From Bacteroidales bacterium (GTDB lineage: Bacteria; Bacteroidota; Bacteroidia; Bacteroidales; UBA12170), in the NCBI GenBank assembly GCA_021158405.1, contig JAGGUP010000099.1, positions 1,211 through 65,210 of the forward strand: 64,000 nt of DNA, written 5' to 3'. The notes under the pieces are model-generated. The model was not told the origin of the DNA. It did not search any database and saw only the letters and a list, made by a program, of their open reading frames with translations. Positions 10,172-19,400 of this stretch are shown piece by piece. Position numbers and translations under genes: made by a program. Numbering within the stretch: the first letter of the stretch is position 1; the number at the start of each line of letters is the position of its first letter.

Positions 10172-10593
10172 TGAAGAAATTATTTAAAAATATCGATATA
10201 AAAGAATTCGACTCGCGTTTTTCAAGTGAAGAACAATGTCTAAAATTTCTTGTCAATAATAAATGGAAAAATGGTTTTATTTGTCGAAAATGTGGCCATA
10301 CAAATTACTGCGAAGGGCAAGTGCCCTTTTCCAGGCGTTGCACTAAATGCAAGCATCAGGAATCAGCCACTGCCCACACTATTTTTCATCGATGCAAAAT
10401 CCCTATTCAGGAAGCATTTAAAATTACCTATTTGGTTTGTACCTCACCTAACATCTCCAGTTATGAAATATCTCGCCGAATTGATATCCGTCAAATGACT
10501 TGTTGGAAATTTAAAAAGAAAATAACAGAATGCATCGATAAGCGAGGCGATTTAAATGTGATTCAAAAAGAAGAAATTAAGCAGAAAATTTGA
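10171..10593 (+). CDS. IS1595-like transposase N-terminal zinc-ribbon/HTH protein with no DDE domain
   Basis: EFDSRFSSEEQCLKFL..KW..GFICRKCGH...RRCTKCKHQESATAHTIFHRCKIP is the IS1595 Zn-ribbon. SSYEISRRIDIRQMTCWK is HTH-like. The ORF stops at 140 aa. Confidence 0.75.
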   Translation: MKKLFKNIDIKEFDSRFSSEEQCLKFLVNNKWKNGFICRKCGHTNYCEGQVPFSRRCTKCKHQESATAHTIFHRCKIPIQEAFKITYLVCTSPNISSYEISRRIDIRQMTCWKFKKKITECIDKRGDLNVIQKEEIKQKI

Positions 10594-10694
10594 GTGAACT
10601 AGAGTTTGAAGTGAGCTAAAGTTAGGCAAACTTACCAACTCAACAATTTAACAACTCTACAACTCAACCTCTCTACAACTCAACCTCTCAACTC
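10592..10694. repeat. 8/16-bp-period tandem repeat with a loosely complementary left arm
   Basis: CTCTACAACTCAACCT occurs twice in exact tandem (10655-10670, 10671-10686) with flanking CAACTC units. A GAGT-rich arm lies at 10592-10626. Confidence 0.65.
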
Positions 10695-11593
10695 AAAACA
10701 AGACATCCTCCATAAAGAAGAACAAAAAGCAACGTTTTTAATGCCAACTTTTTTAGAAATGTATCGAGCAATTTTAAATCGGTTATTCTTTTTATTTTTA
10801 TCAGATCTATTCCAAACAAAGGAATTATCGGAATCAACCATACTAACGATAAGTAATTCCGCATAGTAAGCAGATTAAAAATAAGAGCAGAGATCAATCC
10901 AAATGAGATTAAAAGCAAATGATAGTTCTTCGCTTTTTTTACACCCAATCTAACTGCAATCGTAATCTTTCCCGAATTTCTATCATTCTCAATATCACGT
11001 AAATTATTTAAATTGAGCACTCCTGTGCTAAGGAAACCCAAACTGGCAGCGGGAAGCCAAATATCCCATCTTAAAATTTGAGTGTTGAGAAAAAATGTGC
11101 CAATTACAGCCAATAATCCAAAGAAAATAAAGACAAACAAATCGCCGAAACCCGAATAACCGTAGGCTTTTTTACCTACAGTATATAAAATTGCTGCCGC
11201 AATGGCCGAAACTCCTAAAACAAGAAACAAGAATCCAATGCGTAAATCCAACCCTTTAATTCCATGAGATATCAGCACAATACCGCTAATTAAAGACAAG
11301 CCGATAAAAATGATAATAGTTGCACGCATTTGAGAAGCACTTATTTTCCCACTTTGAACAGCACGCTCCGGCCCCACTCTGTGTTGATTATCAGTTCCTT
11401 TTTGAGCATCGCCATAATCATTTGCCAAATTCGATAAAACTTGTAAAAAAATAGTGGTGAGTGCAGCCAATAAACTAACATCCCATCTCATTCCTCCATA
11501 AAATGCCGCTAAAAAAGCGCCCATAGCAATGCTTGAGAGTGCTAAAGGAAGTGTTCTTAATCGAAATGCGTCTATCCAATGTTGTATTTTCAT
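10688..11593 (-). CDS. menA: 1,4-dihydroxy-2-naphthoate octaprenyltransferase
   Basis: RLRTLPL, LSNLANDYGD and NNLRDIENDR UbiA-family aspartate motifs. Confidence 0.92.
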   Translation of the reverse strand: MKIQHWIDAFRLRTLPLALSSIAMGAFLAAFYGGMRWDVSLLAALTTIFLQVLSNLANDYGDAQKGTDNQHRVGPERAVQSGKISASQMRATIIIFIGLSLISGIVLISHGIKGLDLRIGFLFLVLGVSAIAAAILYTVGKKAYGYSGFGDLFVFIFFGLLAVIGTFFLNTQILRWDIWLPAASLGFLSTGVLNLNNLRDIENDRNSGKITIAVRLGVKKAKNYHLLLISFGLISALIFNLLTMRNYLSLVWLIPIIPLFGIDLIKIKRITDLKLLDTFLKKLALKTLLFVLLYGGCLVLS

Positions 11594-11599
11594 ATTCTA

Positions 11600-12424
11600 T
11601 TAAGGAAACTTAGGGAATTTATGAAAATCTGGTTCTCGCTTTTCGAGGAAAGCATGCTTTCCTTCCTGAGCTTCGTCTGTTAAATAATAAAGCAAGGTAG
11701 CATTTCCGGCAAACTCCTGAATACCAACTTGACCATCCAATTCGGCATTCATCCCTAATTTTATCATACGCAAGGCCATTGGACTTCTTTTATGCATAGT
11801 TTTACACCAATCTACTACTTCATCTTCTAGCTTTTCGAGTGGAACAACCTTATTCACCATTCCCATTTCCATAGCTTCCTGTGCAGAATATTGTTTATTT
11901 AAAAACCAGATTTCCCGTGCTTTCTTTTGTCCAACTATAGAAGCCAGATAAGACGATCCGAATCCTGCATCAAAACTCCCTACTTTTGGGCCTGTTTGTC
12001 CAAAAACTGCATTCTCAGAAGCTATAGTTAAATCACAAACAATATGCAAAACGTGACCTCCTCCAATGGCAAATCCATTTACCATAGCAATTACCGGCTT
12101 TGGCATCGAGCGAATTTTTCGCTGAACATCCAATACATTCAAACGGGGAATTCCATCTTTTCCTATATATCCACCTTTACCTTTTACATTTTGATCACCT
12201 CCGGCACAAAAAGCTTTGTCACCTTCACCCGTTAACACAATGGTGAGTACATCTTGGTTCTCGTGACAAATTTCCATGGCCACCGCCATTTCCGTTGTTG
12301 TTGTCGGTGTAAAAGCATTATAATAACGCGGACGGTTAATTGTTAATTTGGCAATACCTTCCCAATATTCCAACTTTATTTCTTCAAAATCGTGTAAACT
12401 AACCCAATTTCTTTTCTCAGACAT
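11600..12424 (-). CDS. menB: 1,4-dihydroxy-2-naphthoyl-CoA synthase
   Basis: Crotonase fold: [35 protein letters not shown]. Likely start 12424 (MSEKRNW). Confidence 0.95.
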   Translation of the reverse strand: MSEKRNWVSLHDFEEIKLEYWEGIAKLTINRPRYYNAFTPTTTTEMAVAMEICHENQDVLTIVLTGEGDKAFCAGGDQNVKGKGGYIGKDGIPRLNVLDVQRKIRSMPKPVIAMVNGFAIGGGHVLHIVCDLTIASENAVFGQTGPKVGSFDAGFGSSYLASIVGQKKAREIWFLNKQYSAQEAMEMGMVNKVVPLEKLEDEVVDWCKTMHKRSPMALRMIKLGMNAELDGQVGIQEFAGNATLLYYLTDEAQEGKHAFLEKREPDFHKFPKFP

Positions 12425-12532
12425 AATTATTTTCTGTTTAAACGACAAAAATAATCATTTCTTGAGCAGGGCAATGCAAAATGCTTTTTAATATTGACTT
12501 AAATAACCTACCTTTGAAAGAAAAAGTCAACG

Positions 12533-13117
12533 ATGACATTAATTGACGTAAAAACACGCTGCGATTGGGCTGGAAGTGATCCACTTTATCAAAAATACCA
12601 CGATAATGAATGGGGTGTTCCGGTATATGATGATGAAAAATTATTTGAGTTCTTACTTTTAGAGACTTTTCAAGCCGGGTTAAGTTGGATCACGATTTTA
12701 CGTAAACGTGAAAATTTTCGTCTTGCTTTCGATCAATTTGATCACCATAAAATTGCTGGCTATGATACGCAGAAAGAAATGGAATTAATTCAAAATCAAG
12801 GCATCATACGCAATAAATTAAAAATTAAAGCCGCCATTTCAAATGCTCAGGCTTTTCTGAAAATTCAGGAAGAATTTAAATCATTTAGTTCTTTTTACTG
12901 GGCGTACGTTGATGGGAAACCCATTCAAAATAGATTCGAAGACATCAAAGAAGTACCCGCTAATACAGCTCTTTCCGATAAAATTAGTAAGGACATGAAA
13001 AACCGAGGATTTAAATTTGTCGGATCAACGGTTATCTATGCTCATATGCAAGCCTGCGGCATGGTGAATGATCATTTAACAACTTGTTTTAAACATACTA
13101 CTACGAAACATAATTAG
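12533..13117 (+). CDS. tag: DNA-3-methyladenine glycosylase I
   Basis: RCDW..DPLY..YHDNEWG, LETFQAGLSWITIL and MQACGMVNDH...C motifs. Confidence 0.93.
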   Translation: MTLIDVKTRCDWAGSDPLYQKYHDNEWGVPVYDDEKLFEFLLLETFQAGLSWITILRKRENFRLAFDQFDHHKIAGYDTQKEMELIQNQGIIRNKLKIKAAISNAQAFLKIQEEFKSFSSFYWAYVDGKPIQNRFEDIKEVPANTALSDKISKDMKNRGFKFVGSTVIYAHMQACGMVNDHLTTCFKHTTTKHN

Positions 13118-13124
13118 ACATCGC

Positions 13125-14111
13125 ATGGCAAAAATAATTATTGGAATCCATGGTTTAGGAAATAAACCTCCAAAAAAACTTTTAGAAAAATGGTGGAAAG
13201 CTTCCATTTTAGAAGGATTCGAGAAAATGGGGCTGCCTATTCCCTCTTTGAAATTTGAACTGGTTTATTGGGCAGATATAGTTTATAAATACCCTGAAAA
13301 TCCAAACATTACAGATAAGAACGATCCTTACTTTTTAGAAGAGTCTTATAAACCATATTCCAATAAAATAACTAAAAAAAGTGATTACAGTTGGCGCAAA
13401 AAAGTACTTAAATTTATTGAAAAAGAATTAGACAAAGTATTTCTAAACGAAGATTTGAGTTTAAATTATGCGAAAGTTTCGGATGCCATAATGTATAAAT
13501 ATTTTATGGAGCTCGAGATGTACTATAGTAATAAGAGTGATCAAATCAAGCTAAAACAACAAACACGAAATCGACTACTGAGTATAATTGAAAAACACAA
13601 ATATGATGAAATATTTATAATTAGTCATTCAATGGGGACTATTATTGCTTATGATGTTTTACAATTTGAACTTCAAAACCAATCCATTCATACTTTCGTA
13701 ACTATGGGATCACCCTTGGGTCTGCCTTTTATCAAAGCAAAAATTGCGAAAGAATTAAAGTCTGTTCATCATGATTTAAAAATTAGCACTCCTGATTGCA
13801 TTTCATCTGCCTGGCTTAATTTTTCAGATTTGGAAGATAAAATTGCCTTAAACTTTGACTTAAACAACGATTTTTCATCAAATAAAAATGGCATTCAAGC
13901 TACTGATTATGAAATAATAAACGATTATAGTATTGATGGAATAAAGAATCCACATAAGTCATACGGGTATTTGCGTAGCAACGAATTTATTTTACAACTC
14001 AATTCCTTTCTATCAGAGAAAAAAGAATTATCAATCAAGAACATCGTCAAGAACATTCGTAAAATTGGCCACAAAATTAAATATTTAAACTTATTAAAAT
14101 CAACATCATGA
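13125..14111 (+). CDS. Alpha/beta-hydrolase fold protein of unknown substrate
   Basis: IIGIHGLG oxyanion segment, ISHSMG nucleophile elbow, TMGSPLG, NPHKSYGY candidate catalytic His. Confidence 0.7.
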   Translation: MAKIIIGIHGLGNKPPKKLLEKWWKASILEGFEKMGLPIPSLKFELVYWADIVYKYPENPNITDKNDPYFLEESYKPYSNKITKKSDYSWRKKVLKFIEKELDKVFLNEDLSLNYAKVSDAIMYKYFMELEMYYSNKSDQIKLKQQTRNRLLSIIEKHKYDEIFIISHSMGTIIAYDVLQFELQNQSIHTFVTMGSPLGLPFIKAKIAKELKSVHHDLKISTPDCISSAWLNFSDLEDKIALNFDLNNDFSSNKNGIQATDYEIINDYSIDGIKNPHKSYGYLRSNEFILQLNSFLSEKKELSIKNIVKNIRKIGHKIKYLNLLKSTS

Positions 14112-15670
14112 ATAGAACAGAAATGATTTACCAGCTAAATACTGTAAAAAAATGGGATTTTATTATTATTGGTGGAGGAGCGACTGGAATAGGAACTGCC
14201 GTTGAAGCTGCTTCGCGCGGATTAAAAACACTTTTATTAGAACAAGTTGATTTTAGTCAGGGAACTTCCAGTCGCAGTACAAAACTTATTCACGGAGGCG
14301 TTCGTTATTTGCAGCAAGGAAATATTTCACTCGTTATGGAAGCCTTAAAAGAGCGCGGAATTTTAAGGCGAAATGCGCCTCATCTCGTTCACGATCTTCC
14401 ATTTATTGTGCCTGTTTATGATTGGTGGGAAGGTCCTTTTTATGGCATTGGACTCAAACTCTATGATATGCTGGCCAGAAAGGAAGCCTTTGGGCCATCC
14501 AAAATGTTATCACAAGAAGAAACTATCCATTGCATTCCCAATATAGAACAAGAAGGATTAAGAGGTGGTGTCATTTACCATGATGGTCAATTTGATGATT
14601 CTCGATTATCAATAAATCTAGCTCAAACAGCTGCTGAACAAGGCGCTTGTATGTTAAACTATTTTAAGGTTGATAAATTTAGTAAAACAAGCGGACTCCT
14701 AAAAGGAATAGAAGCCGTTGATCAGGAAAATGGAAAAAGATATGAATTAAAAGCCAAAGCAATTATCAATGCTACCGGTGTATTTTCAGATAGTGTTCGA
14801 AGACTAGATGAACCGGAATGTAAATCCATCATCAGTGGAAGCCAAGGAATTCACATCGTTTTAGATAAAAGCTTTTTACCCGGCGACACTGCTATTATGG
14901 TTCCACGTACAGATGACGGGCGTGTAATTTTTGCTATTCCCTGGCACAATCGTTTAGTCGTGGGAACTACCGACACTCCGGTGGATAATTTTTCGATAGA
15001 ACCTATTGCTCTTGAAGAAGAAATTGATTTTTTACTTAAACATACTGCAATTTATCTCAAAAAAGATCCAACACGTAAAGATATATTGAGTGTTTTTGCC
15101 GGCTTGCGTCCTCTGGTTACTTCCAAGGACGAGGAAAGCACAGCAGCCATTTCGCGAGAACACAGTATTATAATTTCCAGAAGTGGTTTAATAACTATTG
15201 CTGGTGGAAAATGGACCACTTACAGGAAAATGGCAGAAGATACCGTCGATCAAGCTTCCATTATTGCCCAAGTTTCTCCAAAAAAATCCAAAACAACACA
15301 CTTATCCATACATGGTTCTCAAGCGCGAGATATTTCTATGCATCTAACAGAAAACTATGGCTCTGATGCAATTAAAATTGAAGCTCTACTTAAAGAAAAA
15401 TCGAGCTTTAGAGAAAAATTGCATCCCGATTTTCCTTTTTTAGTAGGTGAAATTATCTGGACTATCCGCGAAGAAATGGCCTTAAAAATAGATGATTTTC
15501 TCTCGAGAAGAACACGCTGGTTATTATTAGATGCAAGAAGTTGTATTGCAATAGCTCCAAAAGTAGCGCAGATTATGGCAGAAGAACTTCAAAAAGATAA
15601 ACACTGGATTGATCAGGAAGTCCTTAGATTTAATCAGCTAGCTAAAAACTATTTACTGAATGGGAACTAG
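14108..15670 (+). CDS. glpD: FAD-dependent glycerol-3-phosphate dehydrogenase/oxidase
   Basis: IIIGGGATG FAD motif, GTSSRSTKLIHGGVRYL, GGKWTTYRKMAED. Confidence 0.92.
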   Translation: MNRTEMIYQLNTVKKWDFIIIGGGATGIGTAVEAASRGLKTLLLEQVDFSQGTSSRSTKLIHGGVRYLQQGNISLVMEALKERGILRRNAPHLVHDLPFIVPVYDWWEGPFYGIGLKLYDMLARKEAFGPSKMLSQEETIHCIPNIEQEGLRGGVIYHDGQFDDSRLSINLAQTAAEQGACMLNYFKVDKFSKTSGLLKGIEAVDQENGKRYELKAKAIINATGVFSDSVRRLDEPECKSIISGSQGIHIVLDKSFLPGDTAIMVPRTDDGRVIFAIPWHNRLVVGTTDTPVDNFSIEPIALEEEIDFLLKHTAIYLKKDPTRKDILSVFAGLRPLVTSKDEESTAAISREHSIIISRSGLITIAGGKWTTYRKMAEDTVDQASIIAQVSPKKSKTTHLSIHGSQARDISMHLTENYGSDAIKIEALLKEKSSFREKLHPDFPFLVGEIIWTIREEMALKIDDFLSRRTRWLLLDARSCIAIAPKVAQIMAEELQKDKHWIDQEVLRFNQLAKNYLLNGN

Positions 15671-16003
15671 AACAAGACGTAAATAGTTTTGCCTATCACA
15701 AATAAAGCAGATACAAACGAAATAGCAAGAATAGCCCAACGTGTATAACCTTTATCGAGGTATTTGGTAATACCAATTATAATTCCAAATGACTGATAAA
15801 TAAATAGAATTGTTTTTTCTTTTTTGAATCACAAAATCTTTTAATAGCCTTTTTATGGAAATATTATTTGATGAGAAAAAAGGAGAAAAGAAACTGTTTA
15901 TATCGGTTATTTGGGATTGTTGTATAACATATTTCGATAGCCAAAAAACCAAGGCAAATGCAGACAGCATCCATAAAAACAAACGGAATTCGATGCTGGT
16001 CAA
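15667..16003 (-). pseudogene. Possible frameshifted small membrane-protein gene
   Basis: The 83-aa ORF (TTG start) joins a second hydrophobic frame (TILFIYQSFGIIIG...GKTIYVLF*) if one A is removed from the A-tract near 15813-15825. Confidence 0.3.
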
Positions 16004-16325
16004 TTTTCCAACATAACTTGAGGAAAATAGAAAATTATAAATTGGGTAAATAACAAAAGTGATTTATTCTAATTTTTATACGCTTATCCCTTAGTACATG
16101 ACAAAAATCGAGTTTGATACAAAAAATTAGAATAGGCTGAAAGCTTTATTTAATTCAGCCCAATGCAAGGCATTGGGAAATAGAATAGAATGACATACAG
16201 CATTCTGAAAGGATAGCTTAATTTATTTGCCTTTTACTTACGGCGAGCTCGCAAGCTCGGTTCAAGGCGATTAAAATAGTTTAATATTTAACTCAGGGCG
16301 TTTCCGCCAGTTGGCGGATAAAATA

Positions 16326-16357
16326 AGCACTTTCGTCCTTAAAAATAGCACTTTCGT
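16326..16357 (+). promoter_or_regulatory. LytTR-type direct-repeat operator
   Basis: AGCACTTTCGT at 16326-16336 and 16347-16357, 21-bp period, about 100 bp upstream of the T9SS gene. Confidence 0.6.
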
Positions 16358-16459
16358 TCATTTATTATAACTTTTTAAGATAATCTATGTATACTTGCAT
16401 GATTAAGGGTCAATATTACTTGCAAAAGCAGGTAATACTTAATTTAAAATAAATAACAA

Positions 16460-19400
16460 ATGAGAAAGTTACGATTCTTTGTAGCTTTTGTATTGACCCT
16501 TGGTCTATTACTAAGCACTTCTTTTACAAATGCCCAAAATATTTTCTATGTTGATGCCGAAACAACTTATCTTGTTGCTGCTAATCTTACGCCAACTCCC
16601 GTTGGAGGTGATATTATTAAGATTCGAGCCGGCAGAACGAAAACATTAAAGTTCAAAGGCTTTGAAGGAAGCAAAAACTCCCCAATCTTATTTATCAATG
16701 ATGGCGGACAAGTCAATATTAATACAGAAGCTTGGGGCGCACTAACTTTTGAAGATTGTAAATTCATAAAAGTAAGTGGAACTGGAGATCCTAATGTTCA
16801 TTATGGTTTTAAATTAACCGGATTAACCAGTGGTTTAACTTTTGGAGAATACAGCAGCGATTGCGAGGCGGAATTTATTGAAATAGAAGGTGTCCCCTCT
16901 ACATTTTTCGGCATTTATGCTAAAAAAGATTTTAGTGGAAACCCACCTACTCCCTATCCCCTTTTTAACAATTTAAGTATACACGACACCTATATTCACG
17001 ATTTGGCTGAAGGGATGTATATTGGAGAAACCATTTCTCCAGGTATGGAATTTCATCACTTAAGAATTTATAACAATATTGTTGTCAACACATTACGCGA
17101 ATCTGTACAAATCGCAAATAGTGTTGAGGATGTAGAAATATACAATAACCTATTTTTAAATGCAGGACTGGAAAATACTCCTGTACAAAACAATGGTCTT
17201 CAAATTGGATCGAATACGATTGCTAAGGTTTATAATAATATCATCATTAATTCTCCAAGCTTTGGCATCATCGTTTTGGGAAATAGAGATATAGAAATAA
17301 AAAATAACTTTATACAAAATAATGCCGGTATTTTTATTGATGATCGTTATGCTATACTTCCCTATTCTGCCAATCGGATTGAGGAGAATTTTTTCGACCA
17401 AATCAATAATGTTCAAATCATTGAAAACAGAAATGAGTTCAACGATTTATTTATATTGAATAATTCCTTTAGCACCGATATATCATTCTTTAAGAGCACT
17501 GTTGATATTGCAGGCTTGTCTGACATCTCAAATAATCAACTTGTGAGCATCCCTGATTTTCAATATTCAATAGAGAATGGCGTTTTCACGAATTCAGCTC
17601 AGAATCCCGTTAGCTATCAAACTATGGGACCTCAAAATGGATTGAGTCATGTTTTTAATGATACTCCTATTTTGCAAGCTATTGATGATGTTTTAATTGT
17701 CTGCTCAACAAATAGTACTATTCAATTAAGCGCAACTGTTAATGATCAGGATATCATCCATTTTGAAAGCCGTGATTTACCTTCATTTGTACAACTTGAG
17801 GAGTTGTCTTCCGGCAAAGCCGAACTAATTTTGAATCCTTCGCTTGAAAATAAAGGAACTTACGAATTTGGCATTCTGGTTTATGACGAAAGTCATCACG
17901 CGTATGATCGTCAGATAGTTCAACTATCTGTACAAGAAGCCGATAATCAGGTACCAGTATTGAATTTCGAAAGTCCAATAACTTTAGAAGCCGCCTCAAA
18001 ATTCCAACTAAATATTACCGCCTCGGACGCAGATAATGACCCCCTATTTTATTCGGTCAATGCACTTCCTGCATTTGCCAAAATAGTTACAAATGAGTTG
18101 GGAGAAACATTTCTGGACATTCAACCAAAAATTACGGATATTGGTCTATATCAAATGGAAGTTGTAGCCGATGATAAATTTGGTACACCGGCAACTCAAC
18201 TGTTATATTTAATGATTAGTCAACCTGTATTAAGTTCTGACAGAATACTCTACCGCGTAAACTTTGGCGGCCCTGAAATTGAAGGTGAACCTATTAACTG
18301 GGAAGTTGATCCTATAAATTCTACAGCTGTTTATTCTACAACTTTTTTTCTAAAATCAGGAAGTTGGTCGTGGACAGGAAAAAATGCCACTTCTGCACCC
18401 AATAATCTTTTTGGACCTTATCGTTATGGAACTGAAATGCATTTTGCTTTTCCTCTTTCTGCAAATGGACACTATAAAGTAAAACTATTTTTTGCAGAAA
18501 GAAGCACCGAAGTCAATGCTAATACAACGGGAACATTCAATGTATTTCTTGAAAACATTGAAGTTTTGCACGCATTTAATATTTATCAAACAGCTGGCTA
18601 CGAAGCTTTAGAACAAAGTTTTGAAGTCTTGGTTGAAGATCAACTTCTTCAGCTGGATTTCCAAAGTATGGACAACAAAGCCAAGATTAATGGTATTGAA
18701 ATCAGTTATTTGGATGAAGGAATTCAGAATCAAGCACCGAAAATACAAGCAATTGCTCCAATCATTTTAAATGAAAATGAAGTTAGTAATATTCAGGTTC
18801 CCATTTTGGATGATGCTTTTGCCTCTTGCGGATCACTTCGTTTAACAGCGGAAAATGCACCAAATTTTCTTTCCGTCAACCAAAATGCCGAAGGCGAATT
18901 TTCTCTCCATCTTCAACCTGATTATAGTGCTGCAGGAGTTTATGAAAACATCACCCTTACTGCATTTGATGGTTGTTTAGAACATTCTATTGCAATTTCC
19001 TTAACCGTTATGAACACCAATCGTTTACCTGTTTTAGAAGATATTAGTACAATTGATTTGGAAGCAGGAAGCAATTTAACTGTTGAGGTTTATGCAAATG
19101 ATGCAGATGGTGACCAACTAAATCTGCTACTTTATAGTGCTCCCGATTTTGTAAAACTAAGCGATTTTGGAAGTGGGTATGGAAACTTGAATTTTAGCCC
19201 CGATCTTACAGTTACAGGTAATTTTGCTTTTGAAATAAGAGCGGAAGATGGACAAGGAGGAAGCAGTTCTGTGCTACTAAATGTTCAAATAACACCAGCT
19301 CCAGTTACGGAACGTATTGTTCTAAATACAGCAATGATTACCGATTTAGTGGATGGAGGTTCTCGTTATAGCCCCATATATTTAGCCAATGAGCAAAGTA

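Noticed and set aside
10171-10593. Active IS1595 insertion sequence
   Set aside because: No DDE domain, terminal inverted repeats or target duplication. Kept only as a candidate domesticated domain.
10634-10694. CRISPR array or mini-array
   Set aside because: Units are 8/16 bp and directly tandem with no unique spacers, and no cas genes are present.
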